From assembly GCA_965285935.1 (NCBI GenBank), contig OZ260663.1, positions 45,632,001 through 45,696,000 of the forward strand: a DNA stretch of 64,000 nt, given 5' to 3'. Below, piece by piece: positions 27,111 to 41,000 of this stretch. Origin of the DNA: Ophelia neglecta (taxonomy: Eukaryota). The position numbers were made by a program, and so were the translations under genes. The notes under the pieces were generated by a model. The model had not been told where the DNA came from. It saw nothing but the letters and a program-made list of their open reading frames with translations, and ran no database searches. The first letter of the stretch is position 1. The number at the start of each line of letters is the position of its first letter.

Positions 27111-28599
27111 TTCGATGTTTGACCTTAAAACAAATCTAGATTTACACGAGTTTCTCAACATTCCTTCCATCGGGACATTGCTGCGGCGTCCGTTAGCTTA
27201 ACAATTCAACACCTACAAAACCTTGCCTTACATGCAGAAAAAGGGAGAAGACTGATTGGGCCGGTGGCTATCCGTATTGCTGACACGTCGTTTGACTTCG
27301 ACTTGTAACATATTAACTCCTGGATCAATACAATGTTCGAACTACCCAGTGCATAAGGACGACGTTCTATTCCAATCACTACTTGTAATCCAAACCCATC
27401 CAGAGGTCGTCCCTCCAAAAAAGACAAGTGCAGGTTTTTAAAATACCAATATGCATATGCATTTATCGGCAAAAATGGACTCCTAAAGTAAACAAAACGG
27501 TGCCGGCTGCTACACCGAGACAGGGCATATTGTTGAAATTTTGTACGCTTGTTGCTTTCTTCAATTTTTTACTGTCTGCTTTTTCTTTTAGGGGACTTAG
27601 GTAAATTCGTACATGAGACTTTCTTAATATTCAGCGTGGCCATCTTGAAAGTTGGTGGTCATCTTGAAACCAAAAGCTTACTTGTCGGATAGTGTTGAGC
27701 AAATAATGTCGGGGGACGTGAGCCTTAGAAAAAGCATTAAATAACAGTAGTCTTTTTAAATGGCGAGCATTTGTATCAAATTGTTTAATTCAAGGTTTCT
27801 CTTGAAACAAACAGCGTGCCGACCTATAACTACACAAAGTTTTACCGAAAAAACCATCATTAATTCCACGGCTATTAAATGAATTTTCATCGTTTTATAG
27901 CAGGGCTCCATCTTGAATAATGGCGGCCATTTTTAATTTTTCGATTTGCCAAAATTCAGTAGGTGTAAAACTACCACTCTACCAAATTTAATGCCTTAAG
28001 CCTATGGTGCCCAATTGTATCACCTTATTACAGGACTATATTGCATGTATTTTACAAAAAGTACACAGACGCCCTTCAACCCACATATTACTAAACCCGT
28101 CCGGTTTCAATTTTGATTAGTATGCTCCCGGTCCTCATATAGGCTTACATTTGATCTGGTAGATAGTGCATTGCTCACGTACATGTCTGACTCCTATACC
28201 AATCAGCAGACGACCTATGACATTTTGCAGACGACCTGGTAATTTATTCCCAACGGACACTCTTAGACTAGACGTCACTTACCTGTTTCGTATCACGCAT
28301 TAAATCCTCTTGTTAGCCTGCCCCAGAAGTTTTGTAAGTTCACGTCCCAAGGGAGGCTCTTGTCACACTTGCGCCAATCACACTGTCTAACAACTTTCAG
28401 TTACTCATTAAACTTGTCCACAATTAATGCTAGGGCTTATTAGCGGATAAGTTATCAGGTATTCCCCGAAGACCAAGCAGGAGTGTTAGACAGAAACGGG
28501 TGACGAGGCCTCGGTGATTTATCTCTGTCGATAGCTTCACCACGTCCAATGGAATTCAACGTCGGAATGGTACATGCTAAGACCATTTCTACAAACCGC

Positions 28600-28865
28600 A
28601 GGAGGTAGTTGTTACATTCCTTACAGTTGGTATCATGAAGGTAGTTGTCACATTCTTTACGTTTGGTATCATGAAGGTAGTTGTTACATTATTTACGTTT
28701 GGTATCATGAAGATACATGTAGTTGTCACATTCTTTACGTTTGGTTTCATGAATGTATTTTTCACATTCTTTACGTTTGGTATCATGTAGGTAGTTGTAA
28801 CATTACTTACAGTTGGCATCATGAAGGTAGTTGTCACATGCCTTACAGTTGGTATCATGAAAGGT
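28600..28865. repeat. 36-bp minisatellite, ~7 units (GAAGGTAGTTGTCACATTCTTTACGTTTGGTATCAT)
   Basis: Direct inspection. The unit length is a multiple of 3, which explains the repetitive ORFs on both strands. Confidence 0.92.
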
Positions 28866-31800
28866 ATTGTCTCCACAAATTGCTGAGGGGTCAAATTGAA
28901 ACAAAAGAGTTTTCTTGAAAGTAAGCACATTGCACCTTCTATGATCAAAGAGCTAGAAAAAGGCATGCCTCTGTTTCATAAGAAAGAAAGTTATATCTAG
29001 AAAATGGGTTACAAAATAGAAAACAGAATATCATGACCAATACACGATCATTTTTATCGGCTACATAAAGTCAACTTGCATTTATTTCCATCACCGAAAG
29101 ACAAGTTTTTCTGACAAATGATTATGTCTCAAGTCCACTCCTTAGTCAGTATGGTCAAAGTATACATTCTGCCCAGACAGTGTACTAAATTATTAAATAC
29201 TGTCTCTAACTCTGCTTGCATACGACATGGCTGAATATCACATATTACTCTGGAAGAAGCTATGTCAGTAATATACATGATAGTGAACTATTTTAAGTTT
29301 TGATAATCTTGCTGCTTCTACGCCTTTGTCTAGTATAAGCATTGCGCAAGACAATCTGAAGCAGAGGATGCACCACGATAAGAACGAATAACAGCAAACA
29401 TGTCTTTATACTTCCAACAAACGAGCTTTTGATGTGATCGTCTGCTTTTTGTCACTTATTGTACACTGCTCGCTACTGCCCCAGACTCAGTATATTGCCT
29501 AGTCCTATATTATTTACGTTTGACCACCTATCACGCGAGGTGATATACACATCGAGGACAGAAGTCGACGCAGGGAGGGTATTATTCTTTTGATAAGTAA
29601 CAACTTACTCAAAAAAAACATACTGTGCTCCCCAGTTCATCGATATACGTATACGATATACTAATAATATATAGAGACTATCTATACTTTTGCAAAAACT
29701 ACATTAAGGGGTGCGTGCATGCATTTCCTTTGACTACACTGGTGTATCAGCACTCTTTGTGGACTATATAAGAGTAGGTTATGCTGGTAAACTTGTAACA
29801 TTGCCCCACTATAGTTATCTGCCAAATCTCTGCAGAGGACGAGAAAAAAATTACGCCTTTTTCCACTGAGCCAATCAATCGTATCGACAGGTCTACAAGT
29901 GGTAAAACGTGCAGTTTTCACTTTATGTTAACCCAAATTGGGATTTTCGATCCTGATGATAAAATCTCACAGTCCATCTATCTTTCTGGTATAGCAGTGG
30001 TCTTTACTCACCGCCGCGTTCAGAAGGAAACTTAGGATTGCTTACTTGAATCATGAAACAAAAATGATTCCTTCCGACAGAAGAAAACGTGGGCGAAAAA
30101 GGAGAGTAATTCAGCCCAGAACGATCTAATTACATACATTACGGCACGGCGTGCTTGGCTTCCTGATAGAACACACAGACACCAGGCCTGACGCACAAGG
30201 AAGACAAAAACATGCTCCGCAATAATCATACAGTAACTCGGACACAAAAACTGAAAGAAAAAAGTGATTAGCAAAATGAAGGGAGATCCTTTAATGGGGG
30301 CCATGGTAACTTGGCTGCTGACATTGTTTTATGGACTCCGGAGCATGGCTCGCTCGTCTGTCCGTCTGGCTACTGAAAGGGTGATGCATCAAGTCTGTTC
30401 ATTATCAACATTTTCGGAATTGCGTACTGTTGAATAAGGCAAGTGCATGGCAAGCGGAATCCATCAAGTGTCTGGAAATGGGGTTGTAACTGATGGACCA
30501 GATGCCACCGCCATTCCTGGATCCAAAATGTTTAGTATGCAGTAGTGTATGTAACGAGAATTCTACCTCAATGCCATAAAGGACAACCGACTAACGAAGT
30601 CAGGTCATATAGCTCGGCACATGGCTGTTCAAAAGTAGGCGTAGATTAATCAATGTCAACTCTTAATTTTTTTGGTCCAGCAGGGGCGCTGGAGTAGAGG
30701 GTCAAGGTTCGGTGGGACTTGAAGTGATAGTCGTTTGAAATGTAGTTTCAATTAGATTAAAATCCCCGGTTGCCAGGTTTTGGGCATTGCATTCCTGGAG
30801 ATTTCTTTTTATGTAGGCCTGAGATGGAAAAAGGTTTGCCTCAGGAGCAAGTGGCCAAAATGTGGGGTGCCCCTCCCCTATCACGCATTCGCAGTGGTCG
30901 GGAAGTGGGGGGGGGGGGGGGGGGGAGAGAGATTGATCGGTTTGTCTTTAATTCGATAGCTACTTCTGACTTTAAACCTGGGTATTGGTACTCTAAGAAC
31001 CCATGTAACATCTAAGCATCCCTAGAAAATATGCAACAATGATATCATCAGAGTTGACCTGATGCTTAATAAGTAATAAGGCCATAGTACAATAAGACAT
31101 ATAGGATAACGAACAAGAGAGCGCTGATAAACAGGAGTTCGCTCTCCAATATAGGAAAGACAGATGTTGCAGGCCGCGGGCCGAGCTCCGGACGCAGGAA
31201 TAGCCCCTAGATGAAATGAATGAAGTATGAGGGAGATCAATAAATTCTGGTGTCCGTTACAACATGTGGTAGTACCTTATCGGAGGGCAGAGATTATTGA
31301 AGACGCACATTCGTTTGTCATCTCAGCGTTATTAAATGGGTTATGGGAGGAAAACACCCCACATACTTAATCTTAAGAGCATAGTATACACCGTGAATCT
31401 AACAACACTTGCCTCTAAGTCTGCCTTGTAAAAGGCGAAATTACCAGAGAGCAGCTAATAATATCATTTCTTTGTGGTCACTGCCCTGAGAAGCAGCACT
31501 TCAATATCCTTTCTTGAAATAATTCGCCCTTACCAGAGAAAGGGAGACAGTAAGTGTTTACAATGATATGGCCGCTAGTCGAAGAAGTTGGGCATAAACC
31601 CTTGGGGGGTGTTTCCGATGTGCTTTGATAAAGGCAGATTACAGCACAGAGCGTACATTTGATAAAGTAGAAATATATCTCACGTAACAGGTCATATTAA
31701 TGTTTGCACAATTTTAGAAGGATCTGAGTATTCTTGGTTGAAAAGCTAACGTTTAATGCACGCAAGCACCCCTTTTATTTCGTCTGTTTAGGTTGCCTCT

Positions 31801-33949
31801 ACCCTCAACGGCCTGGTTTATCAGCTTTTTATCTCTCAGTGTGTTGTAAGTACACACCTTGTCTTTTCATCTCACAACCTAATTACTTCTTTTCAGCCGC
31901 CCGCTCTTTCGATTTCCTTTCTTGCCATGTTAGATCTAATTACTTCGGCAGATTTACAGATGTATTTTTTTCACTTTAAAAACAGCATGGTATGTGGAAC
32001 AATCGCATATCATTGGGAGATCACTATACAGGAGCTTGAGCAAAATCTCCATTTAACGGTAGCAGTCTTAAAGCATATCGATTTTCAAATGCAATAACCA
32101 AACAGACATTGAGAATAAAACATTTTTAAAGCATTATATGGTGCAAAGAACATAGCCGCAGACGTTCTAAAGTGATTTTCGATACAATAGAATGTAATGT
32201 CAATCTAGTTACATGTAATATCAATTCTAAGAACTCTCTTTGCGTTTGGAAACCTTTTTTTAAGCGCTCATTTTTAATGGAGTAATACCTGTGTAAGATC
32301 ATTCACCAAACCCACTTCATATTCTCAATCTTACTATTCAGTTTAGAACTCCATTTTTCCCACTGATGAAGAAATGTGCCAATATATGAGTTAATCAATT
32401 TTGACATTGGAATGATTTATGACTTCTTTAGCCGAGAGATAGAATGTGCTTCAGTAATTGGTTTGTGTTATCCGAATTTAAGTTTTCAATTTCATGCAGA
32501 TGAGATTTTCTAGATGCAATCTAACTATTCAGCTTGTAGATGAATCTAAAGGTTTGAAGGACCAGTTACCTAGTTATTTTGCAAAGAGCGTCGTCATAAG
32601 AAAAGCAGGTCGTCGGAAATTTGTAAAAAAAACTTGTCTTCATCTTTCAAGATAGTCCATAAACTAGTCAGCTCAAGATCACATCTCATATGTGATTTAC
32701 AATTGTTCGATCCATCAGACAATTTCCGACAAGTCTTCACTGCTTGTAATAATATTGTGTAAAAATAATGCAGTCGCATAAAGAGGTAACCTACGTTTAA
32801 TTCTGTCACAATGTTTTACGTTATCTATTTGTTAAACCCCACATCCCTCATTTTATTGTTCAAACTGTCATAAGAACCTCTATGGTTTTTATAATTCTTT
32901 GTGCAATTTAATGAAATGTTTTTGTTCTTTACATCCTTCTGATCGATAAAATTAGCGGTAAAATTATTTACTCTGCAATTATGATTTTAGAACTATGTTT
33001 TTTTAGGAATGATTGTAGCTGCATCAATTTTACTTTTATATATGAGTTTCTACTGCTACCTCCGATGGTCGTCGGAGAATGCAAATGATGGCTGCGGTGT
33101 TCGGTGAAGGGTGTCAAGTACTAAATGGCCGTGTCTGAGAGCTCACATAACAACAATCCGGAACCATTTTTTAGGCCATGAACTCATTCACTATCGGGGG
33201 CATGCGTTTTTTTTGATAATTTGGGACTGATGTAGGGAATATACTTACTTTATTTTGCTCTATATCATAGAAGTGTTTTGGAGATGAAAATGAACATTTT
33301 GACTTTCTTCAACAAATCTTGATCTACTTCTTGTCGAGACTTGTTGAATGACACCCTTCTCACCATTGATTTATCAGCATCATCGGGCGCGTCGTTTCAT
33401 TTAAATCAGTTTTTATCCAATTGATTTTGTGTTATAATCTCTAAATGGATTCTAGGTTTCTTCTACCGATCGCTGTTTTTTTTTAATTATTTTATCATTA
33501 AGGTAGAATCGAACCTTGAATAGTCATTTTTTCTACTTTAGCTTAACAATCTATTGTGGTTAACAAGTTTGCTGATGAGATATTAGCAATGAACTGGCTT
33601 CTGTACTTTCTGCGTTATATTGTGACTCACCTTTTTCATTATTAGAAATTTGTAGACTATTATTAGAATTTTTTTCCAGTTTAAGGCAATGGAAGTGGTT
33701 ATAGAACACACAAGGAAATTCTTAATCTAAAACAGGATTAGAAATAATTTATTTGCATCATCCAATATCATCCATTAAAATGGTTTATATAAAAGATCTG
33801 CGAAGCAACGTTGAATTAGTTACTGCTTAAAGAAGATAGAAGGCGTCACGAATTAGTTTTCATCGGTAAAGGACTAATCGACCTACGCCATCGTCCTTTA
33901 TAAAACATAATTGTAACGAGCTAAGTTTCTTGAAATGTCTCTTAAAAAG

Positions 33950-35010
33950 TGTATCTGATACGTATGTGGTAGCTAAGGCATCGCCAATACTATTCCTGAG
34001 GTAATAAAGAATCGTCATAAATATAATCACTCCAAATGCCCCCTATCAATGTTTGTAAAATTCGGTGATGTTGTTGAAATTCTAAAGATTATTTCTTCTT
34101 TGAAGGGAACTAGTCCTGTCATAGGTGGTGATCTGTCATGATAAAGTAGATAAGCCATGTGTTTAGGCCTGCTTTAATCTGTGCCTTAAGCAAAGTTTAT
34201 TTTCCAGACGACTAAAACGCGGCCGAGATAGTGCCTTTAATTATAGGGAATATAATAATTCAAGTTTCTTATTAGAGACCAGTGTCGTCATTTCCCATGT
34301 TCTCGATGATTCTGGGAAAAGTTAAATACGCAAGATTAATGGATTTTGTTGCTAAACATGATATTTTCAACAGCTACCAATTTGGTTTCTGATGAAGGCA
34401 TGAACATGATTCGAACCAGTTAAAACGTTGAATGCTTTACACATGGTTGTCATGTGTAAGCTATAAGCCTTGATTTCAGTTAGGAGTTTGGCATGGTCAA
34501 CTATAGAATGATACTCAACATGTTAGTGTAAGATGCACGGCACTTTCCCGGTTTTATACCTATTTTCATCGCAGAAAGCAATTTGTTACTTTTACTAGTT
34601 TTAGTCGTGTAATTTAATTAACTGGGCTTTTTAGTAACTGTGGTATACCACAACGGTCCATATTTGTTCTATGTCAACGACATTGTCAGTTTTTCTCTAC
34701 TTATCTGCCCAATAACTGGCTGATGACTGAACTCTCCTATTGGACCAGAAATATGTTTAGAACCCTGCCATGAATTCGGAACTAATAACACTGGACTGAC
34801 CATATGCACAAAAATTATCCTAAAAATGAACTTAACTTTTGGACTGGCTATATGCAAACAAATAATCAATGACTAAAAATACTAACATTTAAGAATTTGG
34901 TCAATATAAGTGAGATGCGTTAATTTCTGATTCACTTCAATTATCCCTTGTAACCTCCTAAAGCGGTACTCATATAGTATCTTGGAACAATCATAGACGC
35001 AAGTTCTCGA
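33950..35010 (+). mobile_element. Degenerate CR1/L2-group LINE reverse transcriptase fragment
   Basis: In order, with stops and frameshifts: EILKIISSLK, FPDD*..AEIVP, Y*RPVSSFPMFSMILGK, YQFGF, DFS*EFGMVNY, RRKQFV, CGIPQRSI, YVNDI, LADD, DWLYANK, YLGTIID. Confidence 0.85.
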
Positions 35011-38000
35011 TTATTTGAACGAAATGTAGAATTTGATTTGTTATGTTTAACTGTGAATAGCCACTTTTCAAATAGCTTTTGGTTACCAATTGAACTTTGT
35101 TATTGTAGATACCAATATGTTATCACTAAAGAAAAGGTAATGTTATCAGACACAAGGGGCATTTTATGAGAATTAAAGCACTGAAATAGATAGCATTGTT
35201 GAAAAGATTGAAAAAACGGAATAGGATACCAGGAAGACAAAGCAAAGTCATAAATGAATGGTCCATTTAATGGGTCCGAAAGCATCAGGAACAGCAGCCA
35301 CAGGACCGTAGACATCAATCCCCAGCTCCTAAACTGTTTAAACACTTGTAATGCAAATAAAAAAAATGAAAATATAATATCGATATCACTTGCAATAAGA
35401 GGTAGTCAACAATTTCCAATGATGCGTTCCAAAAAATTCATAAATAGATAAAGAAGTGTAGGAATGTTCAAGCAAAATGTATACAGAATGGTGATGGTGG
35501 TATGAAAAACGTGCGAAGAGCACATATCCCCCCGACTCGGCACAGCGAGGTGTGATGCACAATGTGCTTATGCCAAAGTCAATCTCACGAGGCATACATT
35601 AGGAGCAGTGATTTATAGAGAGTCGGAGTGATGGTGACTTTCAGAAATAACTGACCGCCAAGTTGACATCAGCCATTGTAAAAGAGGTCAAGAAAAACTT
35701 AACGGACTATCTTAAATACTTTGAGGATCTATCTTAAGGTAAACATGGAGTCTACAATGAGTTGCTGGAGGTTACTATAGAAATATGAGAATGATGCAAA
35801 TAGCTGGGAAAACATTACAGTTGAGGAGGGGGAGACACCCTTGACGATTTATCAAATTCTAAACAGCCTGTTGCAAGTAAAACTGTATATGAAATAAAAA
35901 CAGGACAAAATTGGTCGTGGATTTGGATATTTGTTTTTGATAATAAGTATTACCCGCAAATACTTATACATCACAATGGCTCAAAAACACCTAAAATAAA
36001 AACTTGGTAATCCTTTTTTGTGTCTTTGTTTGGTAAGACATTTACAACATGTATCTGTATGAGGATAACTCGGTTGTTGAAGAAACAGTCTAGCTTCCGT
36101 GGAGGCAGGTCAACCATTCAGGTAGTTTAAGATATATTTATCAAGGAAGCGGTGTAGATTCGGTGTGACTTATTTTAACTTTCAAAAACCAATTGATTCC
36201 GTTGTTTAAAAAGGACGCAGCACGAACGCCTGTCAGTCAAGACTAAATAAACAGGTAGTTCATGGTCAATTTACACATATTTTGATTTTCATGTATGATC
36301 GGTTACAATCAGGCTTAACAAAAATTGCCTGACTTTTGTTAGGGAAGTATTCAAATGTCACACCAACAAGCCAGGTGTGTTGCATTGATACTAAATCCGG
36401 TTTATTTTTATGATACATTCGGTACGAGAGACGAATGTGATATGAGCTTTATGTTTTTATTCTATATGAGAGAACCTTGACATAGAGATGGGTAATTTAG
36501 GGAGCAGCGTTGATATGCGGGAGATCGATTCTTGGTATTCTGCAGCATCTTTTCACGAAGATGGTTCAGTAGTTAAGTATTTTCTTTTATATATGGTGTT
36601 TCGAAAGAAGGCAACTAGTGCGAAGATGGTCACTCAGTTTGGTGGCTAGGTGTATGGAAAACTATTTTAAGCTACCAGATTACCTCATGAACCTAACCTT
36701 TTCGACTAATACGCAGTGTTAGAAATGTTGTTAATGACACTATGTGTTTGCAATGAACAGTCTGGTGTATCACTGAATGACGATAAAAGAACACAATGTT
36801 CGCTGGTGACATTAAGGTATGACCTATTCACCAGCAGTCAGTTTCACTAACCACAGACGACAGTGCGTGCATGTGCAGAACACCACAAAGCCCACCGAAC
36901 ACGTTACATTCGGAAATTGCTCTTTTTTCGTCCATTTACATTCGGGATTCCCTGTTTACCAAATTGCTACTAAAAGTTCAGAAGACCAAGTGGCCGTAAA
37001 CAATATTAAATGAACGTCGGGCGTATTTAGAATTATTCATTCCGGATGCCAACAGCATACTTCCTTTCTCACTGGCTAACCTCATAAAAAAAAATCTCAC
37101 TGTGCCATGAATTCTCTCAATATCGAATGTTGACATGAAATGCTCCTTCGCAGTCAATCTTGCAACGCAAAGCTTGAGCTACATTTATCCCTAGATTTGC
37201 AGCAAAGAATCCCTGCCCCCCCCCCCCCCCCCTGACCCTGCTGTACAAAGGCCACTTCTTACTCCAGGAAAGCACAATGGATTTTTCGCCATCAGATATT
37301 TAAGTACATAGGCAAACTTAACCCTACAATTATCAGTAAGTCTTTGAAGTTAAAGTGATAGTCCTCTCCGTCTTGACTCTTGACCCACGAGAATTTCCTA
37401 AGTTGAGCGTCCCGGGGCCGTGTGCACTCTGCCGAGCCAAGATCCACCAAATGGATTACCAGGTGAACAAAGCGATTCCTTCCAGATCGTGTCCGTGCAG
37501 ATCTGTTGATTTCTAAGGTATAAGAGTCTTTTGAATCTCCCATCCACTAATATCGAAAAGAACGAAATACCGCACCGCATCGTGAGAGTATGTACAGATG
37601 TAGAAGGCTAACTTGACGCTGGTAAAATTAACTCACTGGTTCGAAAAGAATAACGTCTGGAACATCGAGCCGATAATGACTGGACCATTACGGCTGCAAC
37701 ATTCACGCTTCTTATTTTTTTTTTACTCTTATATTATACTATATAAATTTAGTAAAATTATATTTAAGCGGGATGATGCGGCAAATTTTTGAGGTCGTGG
37801 TGATCGGAAGGTCATGATTTTTCTTGGCCATAGAGACGATTATGACTGGATATGGCTTTAAACATTTCATTTCTATTGTCATGCAGGAAGTTTAAATTGA
37901 TGAAATAGAAAAGTAATATGTATAGCAGTAAGTATTTTAGACTTTAACGCCTGTTTCGACGTGTCTAGCATAAACGCATTGCTTAGTTCATTAATGTCAA

Positions 38001-41000
38001 ATGGGGCAAAAGGCGTCCCCCTGCGTGGGGCAAGCAAGTAGCGCACCCTGAGCGTCTTGCTCTTGGTGGGTGCGCCCTGTTCCCCCCCCCCCACGCCCCC
38101 CCCTTCCGAGACCGGCAGCCCATCGCCAATCCAGCCAAGCCCGGCAGGACAACCAAGCTCCCGAAGCCCACACAAGACGAAAGGATAATCTCTCACGTAG
38201 TAACTGTAGTGGAATAATCCAATCACAAAGCCTGTCTCCAGCACGAGCACCTATCTCAAACCCCTGCTCGTCTTCTGCTGTTGGATTAGACGCGAGTTGT
38301 ACCATGAACACTACTCAGAGCGGTGACCATATGTGTCTGATTCTCATGGGGGAGGGCAAGGACTACAATTTTAGTAGATTGTGGTTAAAAGTCCACTAAT
38401 GTAAATTTAACTTCTTTTGAACGCGAATTCCCAAAAAAACTAGCACTACTTAGTTACACCCATGTTGCCGCTATTGCGGTGTCTTTGATAAATCTCCTTA
38501 CTTCTCCTATACTCAACAAACATAGTCCATTGGATCATTAGAATAAATACATATACTAACTGATCATCTAAGATAAACCGATCTGCGTTCTTTACTCACA
38601 ACTAAAGAGATGTAATACATGCTTTAAATTGGCAGTAGTAGTCTAGAATAGGAGCTGACAGCCCGTCACATTCGCTATCATTAATATACCGGATGAGACC
38701 CAAAGGTCTATAAGCTCTTATAAATATCGGTCACAAAATTGCTTTTACAAGTGCCCATGAGTCGCCCACATTTTGCAAAATAATATTCACATGTACAAAA
38801 GGGCCGTCTACTAAGTCTACTTAGTTCACAATTTCAGCTACTCACTCCTAAGATCTTTGCACTCAAACACCTTGGGGCTATAGCTGTGAGGTGTGAATCA
38901 AAATACTGTACATAAACTCGCGCTTAGCATTCAGGTGCGCGAAAACCGCGGCTTTTACCAAATCTGCATGACCAAAGGCTCGGCCCAGACAGACGACGAG
39001 TTACCCGATATTTAATGATTTTAGGATCTGTTTAGTGCCCCTGCTGCGATTTGTTCTAAACATGTTTTCATCTACCCAACTGCTATGGAGATACAGTATA
39101 AGAAATATTTTGGGTATCCCTCCATGCTAAAACCGACTTAATCAGCCAAAGATACACAATTTGGCCTAGTCGGTTGTTAGAGTAGCAGTGGTTTACTGAT
39201 TATAATATGCATATACATCTCCACATTGTAAAATAACTTAAGTCAAAGTCAATGGATCTAAATAAAACATAGCCTTCTTTTAATAAAAATTACTGTGCAA
39301 TGATTAAAGCTTGTATAGCTATCTCCTGCATGTATATTAAAAGAATTAGCCTAGCTACTTAAGACGATTAGCTATCACAAACCGCTGTGCCCAGCAACAT
39401 ATCTGTCTATCTCATCCCTGTGTCATGGCTCCCCATTCTGCAAGATGAGAAGTAAGGAAAATGGCCGGCAAATTTTCCGGCGTATCAGTATGTCCAAGTT
39501 CCCCAGGAGACCCCCATGGTTATGAACACAGGTTTCTTTCTTGATAACTATGAGCCGGTGTCGGAAACCAACACTTTTCCCAGGGATATATATACGGACT
39601 GGTTTGGCTGAAGGTCTCTCTCTTGTGCTTGGGAGGAGAGGAGTGGTGCAATTCGTATGAGCAATAAACCGTTTTAGATGACAAGTTTTTGCTCTCCAAT
39701 TGCGCTTATAACCTTCTGGTCTATCTATGTCCTTGAAACAGGCGTGGGAAATATACTATCTGTATTTCCAGCAAAATTATAATATATTATCGAAGCTAGA
39801 TAAATCATATGTTACAATATGTATTGCCCCGCTTGTTTATTGCTGTGGGTATATTCTTATACTTTAATTCAAAACAGTGAGCGAAGTTAGGCTGTCTCGG
39901 GTCGGGAGATAAGGACAACATATCTAAATATATTTTTGCCATAATTCCTCCGTTTATTGCATTAGTTGGTCAGAATATAACATAACAACAAACACCATCA
40001 ATTTCTCATGAAATTATACTTGTCCGATATGTGTTTCTGGTACATTCTCTCTCACATGGCTGCTTTTAATAGACCTACTCAACTTATATGATGTTAGTAA
40101 AAATTGAACCAAAGTCAAATGTTTAGTATCAATTTCAAAACATGTCCCCAGTATCGTGCCATAAATATCCACACTACCATTCTTGATATGGTTCGATAGA
40201 TAATAATCAGAGGATAAAAATTATTTTCCCTGGTGCAATTCAAGGCCTTATTGCATTTGATGCCCGAAGTTAGGCAGTGCGCGAAGTTAGGTGATCTTCT
40301 TCCAAATATATGTATATTTTACAACATTATTTTAAATGAAGAAAAAAGCATTATCGACTACAATCTTTCAGGGTTTCAGATTTTATAAACTGGCCACATA
40401 AGGTGGATTTATGCTATTTTCAAAATGAAACAATGTTTCATAATATTATGTTGAAATACAGGAAACTCTTATTTTGTGGTTTAAATGAAATTCTTTTTTA
40501 ATGATTTTAGTATTTCAGTTGAGTTTATTACCAATGAATCACTTGCACAGTCAAAATAAAAGCAATCTTTTCAGTTATCTCGTCAGATTTATTATAATTG
40601 TGCTACAGCTAAAATGCACAAAAAATATGAGGCAAAGCTGTGTTCTTTTTGCATGAACTTGGTTCCTTCTCTTTGTGTCATTATAGTTGTATTGATTGAG
40701 AAAGTTGTTTTTGTTTGTTTTAATTTTTTTTATACTTCAATTGTGGGGAATCGTGCCACGAAACAACAAATTGGGCATATTCTCCTTTCCTAACATTTTG
40801 TAGTCATGCAACTATGTAACACAAGGGACGTGAACCAAACGTCAGGAATAAACAACTAAAATTAGGTCTACTGATAAACGAGAAGAGAAAGGCTAAGGAG
40901 AGCTATTCTTAAGAAGTAAAACGAACCCGAGCTAAGTTTTAAAATAGTATCATTAGAAAGCTTATGATGTCGGATTTTAGATAAGCCTGTTTTCAATAGG

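Noticed and set aside
28574-28966. Repetitive ORFs on both strands, and a possible CRISPR-like 36-bp repeat
   Set aside because: Head-to-tail minisatellite with no unique spacers, in a eukaryotic context. The ORFs arise from a unit length divisible by 3.
37879-38399. Overlapping 100-120-aa ORFs
   Set aside because: A local GC-rich, low-complexity patch lengthens ORFs in several frames, and no domain is recognisable.
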